Positions 30,977-45,245 of a DNA stretch of 64,000 nucleotides are shown here, piece after piece. The translations under genes and the position numbers were made by a program. Under the pieces are notes generated by a model that was given only the letters and a program-made list of their open reading frames with translations, did not search any database and was not told the DNA's origin. Source of the stretch: the human T2T-CHM13v2.0 reference genome, Homo sapiens. The first letter of the stretch is position 1. Every line of letters starts with the position of its first letter. The DNA is taken from NCBI RefSeq assembly GCF_009914755.1, contig NC_060939.1. One strand, written 5' to 3'.

Positions 30977-31928
30977 TAGGCAGGGACAACCATCTACCAA
31001 AGAACAGAGGTTGGAGGAGCTAGAACATAAGAAAATGGGTTAAAATGCACCATAAATAAATGGGGAGAGTAAGCTTCCACTCTGGGAACAAGGGCCCAGC
31101 CTGATATTACAGCATAGGCATTGACTATAATCTTACCAAATGGAAGGATTAAAAATTTGGTAAGTAAATCGCTCCAAGTTGGTACAGCTTCATAGAATAT
31201 CTCTAACTCAGAATTCTATGAGAAACATACCTAGTATCATGTCATCTATCCTCATGTACAGAAGTCAGCTTGCACTTATCCTATTACTTTTAGGGTTTTC
31301 CTTTCCTAATTCTTCTTTATTCTCCTGAGAACAAGGAAAAACAGGAAACAAGCCAGGAATTTTGGTCCTTGGCTTGTCCTTACATACCCTTAGAGCAAAC
31401 GTATGTATTATAAAAGAAAATTAGAAAAACTGAATAAGAGTACTCAAATCCAAATAACCTCTGACACCATAATCAGCAGCTAATAACTACTGATGGCAGA
31501 CAAGCTGTGAGGCATGAACTTAATGTATTTTACGTAACTTATTTTTACCCAGTTCTAACAACTACTCAATAAAGCAGATTTAGTCATAAGCCATAATTTA
31601 CTGATAAGTAAACAGAAAGGTAAAGCAGCTTGCCAAAGGTCAAAGAGACAATAAGTACCAGTGCAGAAACTGAAACACCAGTCTGCCCTACTCCTATTAA
31701 TAACTACACTGTACAACCTAAAAACCTAGGATTCTTTTCAATGCTGACTGTCAAGTGTTGAGAGTGACCAGTGACCTTCATTTTCAAAATGAAATAATCT
31801 GTCTTCATATTTCTAGATTTTTAAGTACATTATCAACTGACCATATCATTCTTCTTCAAAATCTCTCTCTAGTTTCCACAAGAACATACTTTGTGGTTTA
31901 CCATTTACCTCCTATACTGCCCTTCTAA

Positions 31929-32648
<720 letters not shown>

Positions 32649-33282
32649 AGTTATGACTTTAAATTAACACCATCGCCCAAATGCAAATTTCCAGATCAGA
32701 TCTTTCTTATTATTTCTTGAGATCCATTAACAAATCTTAAAGGATATGTCTAATTTGAAAGAAAATGTGTAAGACCAGTAGTACATTTAAATGTTTGGAA
32801 GCATTCACTAGTAAAACCATGTGGGCCTGGGATTTCCTCTGTGGAAAAGTTCTGAACTACTGATTCAAATTATTTAGCCAACAGAATTTTCAGGTTTTTC
32901 TATTTATTCTGGTGTTAGTTTTGGTAAAGTGTTTTTTAATGGAATTTATCCATTTTTTGTTTTCAAATTTCCTGACAAAATATATGCATATCCTTCTAAT
33001 ATCTGTAGGTTATGTAGTAAAGTTCTTTTTTCATTCCTGGTATCTGTAATCTATAATTTTTTTTATATTATCAGTTATTTTCCTATTGCATTTAATTTAT
33101 ATTATTTTGTGTTATCTTCTCAAGGAACTAACTTTTGGCTTAGTTGATTTCTTTGTTCAATGTCTGCTTTATATTGCACTGATTTCTGGTCTTATTTTTA
33201 TACCCTTTCTCTAATTCCTTTGAGTGTGATTTCTCTTTTCCTAGTTTCTCACATAGAAGCTTAGAGAACCACTTTTCAATCA

Positions 33283-33884
<602 letters not shown>

Positions 33885-34387
33885 TTTAGATAACCACTTT
33901 TCAACTTTTCTTCCTTTCCAACATATGTATTTAAAGTTATAAACTTTCCTACATTCCTTGCTTTAACTGTATCCTACAAGTTTCTGATAGGCTGGATTTC
34001 ATTAATGTTCAGTATAAAATATTATAATTTTAATAATTTATTATAAGTAATTTATATTGTCATTTCTTTTTTGACTCATGGGTTATTCAGAAGAGTTTTG
34101 CTTAGTTTCTAAATATCCAATGATTTTCTAAGTTATCCTTATGATGTGCTAATTAGGTCACCTATTTAACAGTGCTATTTGTATTGATTTTGTGTTGCTT
34201 GTTCTGTTAGTTACTAACAGAAATGTGTTAAAATCTATAATTTTTTCTTTTTTAAGTTTTTTTCTTTTTCCTTAGAAAAATATTGAAGAAAAAAATCTAC
34301 AATTATGATGGTGCACTTATCTAGGTCTACTTTTGCTTTCCTTTTGCTTTACATATTTTAAATCAGTCATTAGCTACATATAATATC

Positions 34388-35091
34388 AAGTGGCTCATGC
34401 CTGTAATCCTAGCACTTTGGGAGGCCGAGGAGGGTGGATCAACTGAGGTCAGATGTTCGAGACCAGCCTGGCCAACATAGTGAAACCCCATCTCTAGTAA
34501 AAATACAAAAATTCGCTGGGCGTGGTGGAGTACGCCTCTGATCCCAGCTACTCAGGAGGCAGAGAATCGCTTAAACCTGGAGGGCGGAGGTTGCAGTGAG
34601 TCGAGATCACACCACTTCACTTCAGCCTGGCAAAAGAGCGAAGCGAGACTCCGTCTCAAAACAAACAAACAAACAAAAACCCCAAAAACATTTAGTGATT
34701 ACGTCTTCCTGTTGAACTGGCCCCTTTTATCATTATAAAATGTCCCTTTGTATCTCTAGTAATATTTCTGGTCTTAAAGTCTATTTTGTCCTACAATTTT
34801 TTTTTTTTGGAGACAGAGTCTCACTCTCTTTCTCAGGCTGGAGTGAAATGGCACTATCTCGGCTCAATGCAACCTCCTCCTCCCAGGTTCAAGCACTTGT
34901 CCTATCTCACCCTCCTCAGTAGCTGGGATTACAGGCGTGCACCACCATGCCTGGCTAATTTTTGTATTTTTAGTAGAGATGAGGTTTCACCACGTTGACC
35001 AGGCTAGTCTCAGACTTATGACCTCAGATGATCCACCCATCTCAGCCTCCCAAAGTGCTGGGATTACAGGCGTGAGCCACCATGCCCAGCC
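34388..35091. mobile_element. Inverted (tail-to-tail) Alu pair: + 34388-34690, - 34797-35091
   Basis: Opposite-orientation Alus ~105 bp apart. Confidence 0.9.
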
Positions 35092-35176
35092 TGTCCAGAA
35101 ATAATATACACCAGCTTTTATCCTTTCTCCATCTTTTTACTTTCAACCTATCTGATAACGCAGATGAATATCCCAG

Positions 35177-35180
<4 letters not shown>

Positions 35181-35228
<48 letters not shown>
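35181..35228. repeat. (GT)24 microsatellite
   Basis: Direct reading. Confidence 0.95.
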
Positions 35229-35231
<3 letters not shown>

Positions 35232-35419
35232 ATTCTATTTATCTGAAATTTAATTAAAAGTAAAATTAAGAATGATAAAAATTAGGGCAGTGGTAATCTC
35301 TGAGGGGAGCTGGCTGGGAAGGGGTATAAAAGAAATCTAAACACTTTATTTGTGCACTTTATGCACAATATCCTCAAGTTTTTCTATAGCTCAAGCTTTT
35401 GTTTTACTTTTTAAACTAT

Positions 35420-36315
35420 AGTCTTAATTTCTATTCTAAAATCCATTCCTTCCAGTATTTTCCATCTTAGGAAATGGTACCTCCAAAGCACCCATCAGCT
35501 CTAGCCAGAGGTCACTTACTCATTTAGAGTCCATCAATAAAGTCTGTGGATGGTTTACCGCCAGAAATACATCTCATAATCATCTGGATCCCCCCCAACC
35601 TCTACTGCCACTCCAGTGCTTCAGTTTACCTTAAGATTTCACTTCAATTTAAAAAAAAGTGACTTAACTGATCTTCCAGATTCCACTCTTACCCTCTGCT
35701 ATCCCTTCTCCTCAAGGTAATCAATGCAATCTTTTAAAAACACAAGTCGTATCCTCTGCTTAAAATATTATCACAGTGCCACTAATTTGGATAAAAGCCA
35801 AACTCAACTTGGCTTACAAGCCCTAAATAATAACCCCCTGTCTATTCTCTAAGTTCATTTCATGTTACTCTCCTTAGTTCATTATAATCTAGTAGCACTT
35901 ACCTGTTTTCAATTATTTCACCATATCAAACTCCTATCTCCTGGCCTATAATATTCATCATCCGAACTCCTCATCAAGGTAACATTTATTTCAGGTCATC
36001 TCTCAAAATTTAAGTTTCTTAGAGAAGTGTTCATGTATTCACAAATTCAAAATCCACTATTTTACTACTTTCTCTCATAGGACCCATTAACTTATTTATA
36101 ACACATAGCCCATTTATCTATGTTATACAAATAGATACACACACATATATATATGCACACACAATATGTATATATGCACATATGTATAGAGAATCAGGAC
36201 TACATCTGTCTAGTTTATCATTAGATCATTCCAAACACCAAGCACAAAGTCTGACACATGTTCTGTGTTCAACAAATACTTCTTAAATAAATCAATAAAT
36301 GGATGAATAAATGAT
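35420..36315 (+). mobile_element. L2 3' fragment
   Basis: Ends with caacaaatacttcttaaataaatcaataaatggatgaataaatga, an L2 tail. Confidence 0.6.
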
Positions 36316-36904
36316 CTTAAGACACTCGACTCAAGACCCAGGAGAAAACATTTAATTCCACTATTCTCCATATCATCAGCTGCCTTACCTGGGAAATTAA
36401 ATGCCTTAAATAGCAGGCTTAAACATCAAGTAGTTAAAGAATAACAGACTCACAAATTACACAAGAAATGGACAACATTATTAAGATTCCACTCCACATA
36501 AGAGTTTCAATATATTCATGAAAAGTACGAACTGACAAATCCCTAATGGTGAACAGAGACATGAAGACCTTATGAGTGCAGAGAAGGGAAAAATTCAACA
36601 AATTATGTGCATAAACAAGTGAGTTTGGGATATACAGATGCAATCTATTCTTTCAGATCTAAAGTTTATCAGGATCAACTGACAACATCAGGTTTATCTC
36701 CAGGCAGAAACCAACAGAAACATTACCTTACCTAAGACAGTAATGTGCTGAAAAGCAGAATCTAAGTTTTAGTAGTATCTTTATACAATATCTCCAGTTA
36801 TTACTGATCAAAAGCCTCCACAAACTACAAAGAGGGCAGTGTGCTGGGGACAGTTAAGAACACATCTCTGCCCTGTAAGCATATTCAGTGAGAAATTTAC
36901 TGAC

Positions 36905-37046
36905 CTTTACCCCATATTTTACTTTTCCAGCATAATGTTTTATAATGAAAGCAGGCTCCATCACGGCTGGAAATTCGATGTAAGAATTATCTTCATGTTG
37001 ATGCTTAAACTTGTCTAGCAATGTTTGATTTGTAGCCTGTGGAAAG
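36905..37046 (-). CDS. MYO9A: MYO9A coding exon, 142 nt, phase 2/0: (N)[47 protein letters not shown]
   Basis: Acceptor ttttaattcag|C, donor AAG|gtcagt; myosin F.I.HYAG.V.Y motif; phase matches both neighbours. Confidence 0.96.
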
Positions 37047-38794
37047 CTGAATTAAAAAAAAAAGAAAAAATATCATTACAGAAAGATGAGAAAGATGCGG
37101 TAATTAGTACAGCCCTTTTCAAAGTACATTACAATTACATTGCCATCTTACATAGCAGTTTACAAAAGTTTTCACCTATATTATCTAACCTGATTCTCAT
37201 AACAAGCTAAAAAGTAATAATAAATATTGGTGTTACTATTTTATAGATGAGGGATCAAAAGTTATGATTTGCCTGTACTCATATTTTGCAAGTAGTAGTA
37301 CCAAGAAATTAACTCATTACATATTTAGCTTAGATTGCAGTGTTCTGAACTACTATAAAACCCAAAGGAAAATAAAATCCAAATCATATACTCTTTGGGG
37401 CCAACAACTTCCAAATAAGAGAATAATATCTCGATTCTCGTAGGTACTAAAAATCCATAAGAATTATTTGACTTCCTGTTCCTACATGCATAAATAAGTA
37501 GCCATTTTCTTACTATACCAATTATTTGTACTCATTGATTGTACTGATCAACTGAGCACTTAATATCCAGGAATCACACAAATAATATCTATTATTTAAT
37601 CGCATAATAGGAAATATGGAAATACAAAAGTTCAAAAGAGGAAAAAAATCATCACTGGTGTAAATAATGAAAAAGTTCACACAGGACATAGTAGGTGTTA
37701 AGACTGTGATGTTAAAGGTTGGGAAGGGTTTCAAAGAGAGAAAATATCATTGACAGAAAAAGGAGAAAGAAAGTTTCAGAAAATAGCTTCATTTAATGGT
37801 AGCTGAAATAATGAAAAATAATGTGACATGAGGTTGTAAAGTTGCTTAATACAAATCTAATGTGTAAAAATCATTCCAAAATTACAACAAACATAGTTAA
37901 TTACATAGTATGCATTGCAAACCATACAGAGAATGGCCTTTAGCATCAGATAATCATAGTTTACGTTACGCATTCTATCAGTGACCTGGGGCAAACTAGG
38001 TAACCTTCTTTGAGAAGGGGTCTTCTAACCCACAAAATGAGATACCAGTTATCACAGTGCCAGTAGAATTAAATAAAACTAGTAAAAACATCTGGCAACC
38101 GCAGGCATCCTCTAGGGATTAAACAAACATCGACTTCATGTTGCCAACACTGATATTTTCTTGGTCACCTTGACCTGCTTTTGTATTCAAATATCTCTTC
38201 CTCAAAACATCTCTACCATCTAGCTCACTCCAAAACTTTAAAGCCATTTTACAATGGAATATAACTTACTATTTCAAACAGAGACAACAGCACAGCTCCT
38301 ATAACAGTCTCACCAATCTTCTTTCAAGTCACCAAAGCATATTATCAAAATAAATTTTCCTATAATAGTGCTTTAATCATGTGCCCCCTCTGCTCCGAAA
38401 TGTATAGATCACCAAGGCAAAAAGACTTGATTCCAAGCTCCAAAGCATAGGCCAGCTCAACCTCTGCAAACTTATATCTCACTACTTCACAGCAGTGTGC
38501 CTCTCTTAAGGCAGGATGCTCACTTCATCGTCTCTAGGTCAGGGTTTATTTGCCTTCTAATCATCTGAGTAATTGAAAAGCTTATGATATACTTTCTCTT
38601 ACTTTTAAATGGATAATAGAAATTTTCAAAGGAAGGAAGATAGACATGAAAACAGTCATTACTTGAAACTAAAAAAGATGGAAAGTTCCTGCATTCAACA
38701 GACATGTATGGATACTTATTACATTACCAGGCAAAAAAAAAAATTTGGAACACAAGAAAATCATTCATTATTGCTCATATCAAAGCTCTTCATC

Positions 38795-39128
38795 TAGTGT
38801 TCCTCAAACACTATCTGGAAGGGTAGCGTCAGGAGAACCTCTAGAGATTTGAAAACTACCAATGCCTGGATCCCAACTATTGCAATTCTGACTTAAATGA
38901 TTAGGGAGATGACCTAGCATCAGTGGTATTTACAAAGTCCCAAGGTAATTCTCATGAGCAGGCAAGATTCACAAAATGCTGCCTTAAATGAATGCTCTAA
39001 TCCTAACTTCGGTTGTTAAAATGTAGATTCTGATTCAACAGATCTGGAATGAAAGCTTGAGATTCTACATTTCTAACAAGAATCAAAGTGGTCCACTGCT
39101 GCTGATAGAAGATGACACTTTGAATACT
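38795..39128. mobile_element. MER5-family hAT MITE fragments
   Basis: gattctgattcaacagatctgg...ctacatttctaacaag...cactttga. Confidence 0.6.
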
Positions 39129-39797
39129 ATGGGAAGATTGATACTATTCCTAACATCCTATTCATATGTAACTCTGATACAATATTCCTCCTTCCTAAAT
39201 GCCACCCTACATCCTACAGAATCTAGCTAAAGTAACCTGCCCCATAACATACAGCCATTAAGTAGGAAAGGCTAAACCAAGACCTCTGATTCTAAACCCA
39301 TACACCTAGAGCACTACAAACACACTGCATGAAGAACACAACTAAGGATATATTTGACATTATATATTCCCTATAAAAAATATTTTTAGAGAAAAAATAC
39401 TCAATGTAAGTCCCAAAATAGTTCTTCCTACATGTGACTAATTTATTTTCAATCTAGTTTTTTTACAGGTAAATGGGAGAGAAAAAAATATTTCATGCCT
39501 TTGCATCTTCTGGAATGTTAAAGCACAGAAATTCTTTACAAGGACAGGTAATAACTACAGGACTGACTCATAAAAAGGTTATTCAGTCCAGTATCCTACC
39601 TACAACAATACGCTGACAGATGATGCAAAGTAATTATAATAATAGGAAATTACATTAATTGTTAAAGCAGCTGCCAATCAGCTCTAATAATTATAAAGTT
39701 CTTCATTTTATTGAGCCAGAATTTATCTCCCTGATATTTATGGCCACATGGCTCAACCCTCGTAGCTTTCGGGTAACAGCAAATAAGTGACATTCTC

Positions 39798-40153
<356 letters not shown>

Positions 40154-40224
40154 TCAGGAAATTATAGTCTTTGTATAATAAGATGTGCATTCAATGAAAT
40201 TTTGTTTAAAGAATGACAGGACAG

Positions 40225-40535
40225 GACAGGCACAGTGATTCTCATATGTAATCCCAGCACTTTGGGAGGCTAAGGTAGGAGGACAGCTTGAGCCCAGGAG
40301 TTTGAGACCAGCCTGGGCAACAAAGTTGACTCCTTGTCTCTAAAACAACATTTTAAAATTAGCCAGACGTGGTGGTATGTGCCTGTAGTCCCAGCTACTC
40401 AGGAGGCTGAGGCGAGATCACTCGAGCCCATAAATTCAAGGCTTCAGTAAGCCATAACCGCACCACGGCATTCCAGCCTGAGCTACAGAGCTAGACACTG
40501 TCTCAAAAAAAAAGAAAAAAAAAGAAAAAAAAAAA
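40225..40535 (+). mobile_element. AluJ
   Basis: Full Alu with A tail. Confidence 0.9.
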
Positions 40536-40678
40536 CAAAGTAATTCTACTACCTCAGTTGCTGTTTACAAACACCTTAAGATATATAGGACGGAACATCA
40601 TCATGTACCATTGTCATTTGCCTTCTGCATACAAGAAAACTGAGGACTAAGGATATTATGAGATCTGCCAAGGGTAGT

Positions 40679-41610
40679 TTTGATATATACAGTTGTGATA
40701 TTATAAATAAATAAATATATATATTTATTTTTATATATATAGGTTTTCATCCACGGTTCCTGGCTCATAACTCCTGCAGCCCTTGGTGTAGTCTTTTGTT
40801 ATAATGTTGGGGTGCTTTAGGCCTCAGGAGCAGGCCTCAGGAAACAGAATCTCTCTCTCTAACCTTCTTCTGTCCTCCTTTTACCTGCCCAAGGGAGGCC
40901 TCTAATATGATTGCCGGTTAAAAGACCCTCATTCCAGAAAGGGTCCCTCCCCATATTCTGAAAGAAAAAATGCTGCACAAGAAGCCAGGAAGAATCTGGA
41001 CAGACAGGCCTTGCTGGGTTTCCCACTCATGAGATCATGTTCTTTTGTCCAATCACATTTCTACACAGGGTCAATAGTGCCTATGTAATGAAGCCTCCAT
41101 AAAAACCCAAAAGGACAGCACTTAGAGAGCTTCCAGATAGCCGAACATATGGGTGCTCCTGGAAGGTAGAGTGCCCAGGAAGGACATGGAGACTCTCTAC
41201 TCCTTCCCCCATACCTTGCCCTACACATCTCTTCATTGTATCCTTTGCAATATCCTTTATAATATACTGGGGTAAATGTAAGTAAGTGTTTCCCCAAGTT
41301 CTGCAAGCCACTCCAGCAAATTAATTGAACTCAAGGAGAAGCTGGTTGGTCAGAAGTTCTGGAAGAGTAGATTATTGACTGGTGTTTGAAGGTGGGGTGG
41401 GGTGCAGTTTTGGGGACTGAGTCCTCGATCTGTGGGATCTGATGCTACTTCCAGGTAGATAGTATCAAATTTGAATTAGAGGACACCCAGTTGGTGTCCA
41501 CTGCTTGCTGGTGGGGAAAACCCCACAAACGTTTGGTCACAGATGTCTTCATGTTGATTGTTATGGTGTGAGAGCAGAGGAAAACATGGTTTTAATGTTT
41601 TTCCCAAATA
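40679..41610 (+). mobile_element. 5' LTR (MER21A-like)
   Basis: aggttttcatccacggttcctggctcataactcc...aggcctcaggaaacagaatctctct; paralogous to 44211-45245. Confidence 0.85.
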
Positions 41611-41612
41611 AC

Positions 41613-41633
41613 TGGTGTCAGAGAAGTGAGATT
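41613..41633 (+). promoter_or_regulatory. Retroviral primer-binding site, tRNA-Leu type (degenerate)
   Basis: tggtgtcagagaagtgagatt versus TGGTGTCAGAAGTGGGATT, the complement of the tRNA-Leu 3' end; directly after the 5' LTR. Confidence 0.75.
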
Positions 41634-42938
41634 TGCTAAAAAGGCCCTGGCTCACTGAAACATGTGGTTTGGGAAGAAAAAGGATAAAAGGGTAGAAGAT
41701 GAGAAACCTTTGTTCTGGTGTGGCCACATGGTCACCCAAGGTATGAAGCCACAGCTGCTATGCTCGGTTATTAAAGGTAAAAGTTATCAGTGGAATTTAG
41801 AGATGGTTCCAACTCCTGGGGAATTGGTTCACTGGCTGCATAAGGAAATGCAAACTAATAAGAAAAAAAATGAACTGGCTGTTATAAATAAATAGCCATA
41901 AAACTAGCTATTATAAATAAATGATCCCTTAATTATTGTTATTTATAATAGCTAAAATGAAATTTAAAGAGAGTACTGTGTTGGTCCTCGAAGCTGGATA
42001 AACCTCAGATCTTGGTCTGTTTGAGCTCAGGCTGCTGGCCTCAAAGCCACCCTCCAAGGACAGAATTGTGCAGGGGCAACAAAGTACCTCTGAGACATGT
42101 GGTTACCAAGAAGGTAGTCAATGTGGAAAAAGGGCAAAACGAAGTAACTGCACCCCACCCCACCTTCAGACACCAGCCAATAATTCATGCCTCCAGAACT
42201 TCTGACCAACCAGCTTCTCCTTGAGTTCAATTAATTTGCATAGTGTGAAGGAATAGTTCCATTTTGTAGATTGGTATCATTAGCTTCCTAAAGAACCTTT
42301 ACTAAAATGGATTATGAGAGTAACTACATTAGGGGCAGTAGCTTTGGTTTAAATGCTACCGTGGAAAACATGTTTGGGTTGATGTAGGACACAGGGCTCA
42401 CTACTAAGCAATCTCAGACATCTATACATGATTGAGACACACAGGACGTTATTCCCAAGGCAACAGCCAGCATAGTGGACTGGATAAAAGCCACTGTATG
42501 ATCTTTTTACTCTGGAAAGGGGGATTGCCCAACTTTCCCTAGAAATGCCAAGCAGAACAACCCAGATGAAGCAGCTGATATGCTTCATATGCAAGCTACG
42601 TAAGACTAGCTTTATGATGATAAGGATATTCGCCCAATGAATGTGTCTGTTATCTACTTACGAGGTTACAGTAAATGCTGTAGTTAAGGGGGTCCCTTCT
42701 ACATAGGTCCATGAAATGAGCAGATATGGGGGTACTACAGCAGTGCTGAGAAGCGCTAAATCTAGACATTCCTCTTACACCTTCTCTCAAGCACAAAATG
42801 CCAATAAGAACTGTTCTTTTTGTCAGCAAGAGAGTCTGAGACTTCCAATGGCTATGTGGCAGTTTCCTTAGTGGGAAGACCCTGAATGTAGAAGGTAAGT
42901 GAGACTGATGCTGGTAGCCCTGGGGGGCTACAAATGAA

Positions 42939-43210
42939 TGGGTCTTGACAGGAATAGTCACCGACTCTGAAGTGAGCTTTCCTTACCCAGTGGAAGATGC
43001 AAATGCTCAGAGTGCCATTTAAAAAACAAACAAACAAACAAACAAAAACCAAAAAACAGAAAATATCGCATGGATTTGGACAATCATCATCTTTTCAGAA
43101 CGAGAAACACATTGTACAGCCTACCATGTCCAACAAAGAGGAAAAAAAAATCCTCCTCAGAGTAACAGTTTGATGAAGGAGTAGGATGGGCAATTAAAAC
43201 ACTGGTTGTC
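42939..43210 (+). pseudogene. Disrupted ERV-L integrase core remnant
   Basis: 42939-43019 reads WVLTGIVTDSEVSFPYPVEDANAQSAI; ~43096 reads SERETHCTAYHVQQ (cf. ERV-L LTGIDT.SG..FAYP and SDQGTHFTA..VQQW). Confidence 0.65.
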
Positions 43211-44210
43211 TAAAACACAGGAAGATAAAAGAATGAAGGGCTGGCTTGCATGCTTTCACGAGTGTGTGCTCACATTCAACATGAGTGGGACTAAAGGAGC
43301 ATCCCCTTAGATTTTTCTTGTTTTTCTGGTTCATCTGGGAAAGAGGCGGTTGGGGAAGGTGCTGGTATGACTATCCAATTCTTCCCAAGGGAGGAGTACA
43401 CTGGTATAACAACTATAATTTTTTTCTTCCCCAGATGACCTCAAAAAGAAAAAACTTTTTTTCTCTCCGCTACCAGATGCAGTGGTCCTAGGACAAGGGC
43501 TGCAACTGCAAGTGCTGGAAGCAGGGATGATTTCTAAGCAAGAAACTGTAACTACATTTTTAAACCTTAAGTCAAAATTCCTAAGGGCATAATGGGGGTG
43601 GGTTGTACCTTCACTCTATCTAGCAAAATTGGGGCTAAGAGTGAATGCAACTACTACTTTTCCTGGCCATAAAAACAGCTCACTAGTTCTGCACCCATGT
43701 AATTTACCCTATCTAAAGGGGAGTGGACTGAGGAGGAGGTACTTGCCAGACTAGAGTTGTTGTCTGCAATCTAAACCAGCACAGTGGCAATTCTTAATGT
43801 GCCTTCCAAAGGAGGAAAAGTTTGGGAACTACTGGAGAGGAGGAATAGCAGCTGAGGGTAAAGACAGGAATAAATGGGTTATTCATTGAGGGAAATCCAA
43901 CATTACATTAACACATTTAAAGAAGCTCAGAGCAAGAGATGACACTGTCTTTAACTCAGTTATAAGAGATGCTCAAAAGGTAAAAGTTGTATGTTTGCGG
44001 AGACTGCTCCTGCTTCTGGAATCTGACAAGACTGAAAGGAAGCCTGCAAACTTGAGTGGTCTCTCCCTGGGAGACATATTCATACAACATGATAATGAAC
44101 TGGACTAATTACTAATGACTGAATGGGATTCTAGTAATGTAGCAGTATGTTTGAGTTGTATATTCTTTTGATGATGTAAAGGATCCATGTTTGAAAGCCA
44201 GGGCGTGGCC

Positions 44211-44314
44211 TATGACATGATTTTATCGTGTGTGTGTGTGTGTGTGTGTAGGTTTTCGTCCATGGTTCCTGACTTATTAACTACCACAGCCCTTTGGCCT
44301 ATGACGTGATTTTA

Positions 44315-44364
<50 letters not shown>

Positions 44365-45245
44365 GTTTTCGTCCATGGTTCCTGACTTATTAACTACCAC
44401 AGCCCTTGGTGTAGTCTTTTGTTATAATGTTGGGGTGCTTTAGGTCTCAGGAGCAGGTCACAGGAGTGCTTTAGGTCTCAGGAGCAGGTCACAGGAGCAA
44501 GCCTCAGGAAACAGAATCTTTCTCTCTAACCTCCTGTCTTCCTTTTACCTGCCCAAGGCAGGTCTCTAATCTGATTGTGAATCAAAAGATCCTCATTCCA
44601 GAAAGGGTCCTGCCCCATACTCTGAAGGAAAGAATGCTGCACAGAGAGGCCAAGAAGAATCTAGACAAACAGGCCTTACTGGGTTTCTCACTCAGTCTAT
44701 TAGTATGAGATCATACTCTTTTTGTCCAATCACATTTCTACACAGTTGTCAGTAATGCCTATGTAATGAAGCCTCCATAAAAACCCCAAAAAAGAGCATT
44801 CAGAGAGATTCTGAATAGCTGAACATGTGGGAGTTCCTGGAGGGTGGTACACCCAGGGAGGACATGGAGGCTCTGTGCTCCTTCCCCCACACCTCGTCCT
44901 ACGCAGCTCCTCATTGTTTCGTTTTCCCTGAGTTCTGCAAGCTGCTTGGGCAAATTATTTGAACTCAAGGAGAACCTGGTTGGTCAGAAGTTCTGGAGGC
45001 ATGGATTACAGGCGGGGGTCTGAAGGTGGGGTGAGGTGCAGTTTTGGGGACTGAGCCCTCGATCTGTGGGATCTGATACTACCTCCAGGTAGACAGTGTC
45101 AAATCTGAATAGAGGATACCCAGCTGGTGTCCACTGCTTATTAGTGGGGAAAAAACCCCACACATTTGGTCACAGAAGTCTTCTGTGTTGATTACTGTGG
45201 TGTTAGAGTAAAGGAAAAACACAGTTTGAGAGTTTTTCTGTAACA
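44211..45245 (+). mobile_element. 3' LTR (MER21A-like) carrying two internal tandem duplications
   Basis: Follows PPT-like aagccagggcgtggcc; ends ...gtaaca followed by TSD gtagt. Confidence 0.85.

Larger units (their letters stand above)
40679..45245 (+). mobile_element. Internally deleted ERVL-class provirus (MER21A-like LTRs plus internal region), antisense to MYO9A
   Basis: Two homologous LTRs, tRNA-Leu-type PBS, PPT, GTAGT TSD on both sides, integrase and dUTPase remnants. Confidence 0.87.

Noticed and set aside
36905-36913. Alternative in-frame donor GGG|gtaaag 6 nt inside the 142-nt exon
   Set aside because: Poor +4/+5 match and it would delete two residues in the conserved motor core; no support
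41613-41633. tRNA-like sequence
   Set aside because: Only a short complement of a tRNA 3' end next to an LTR, so a PBS rather than a tRNA gene
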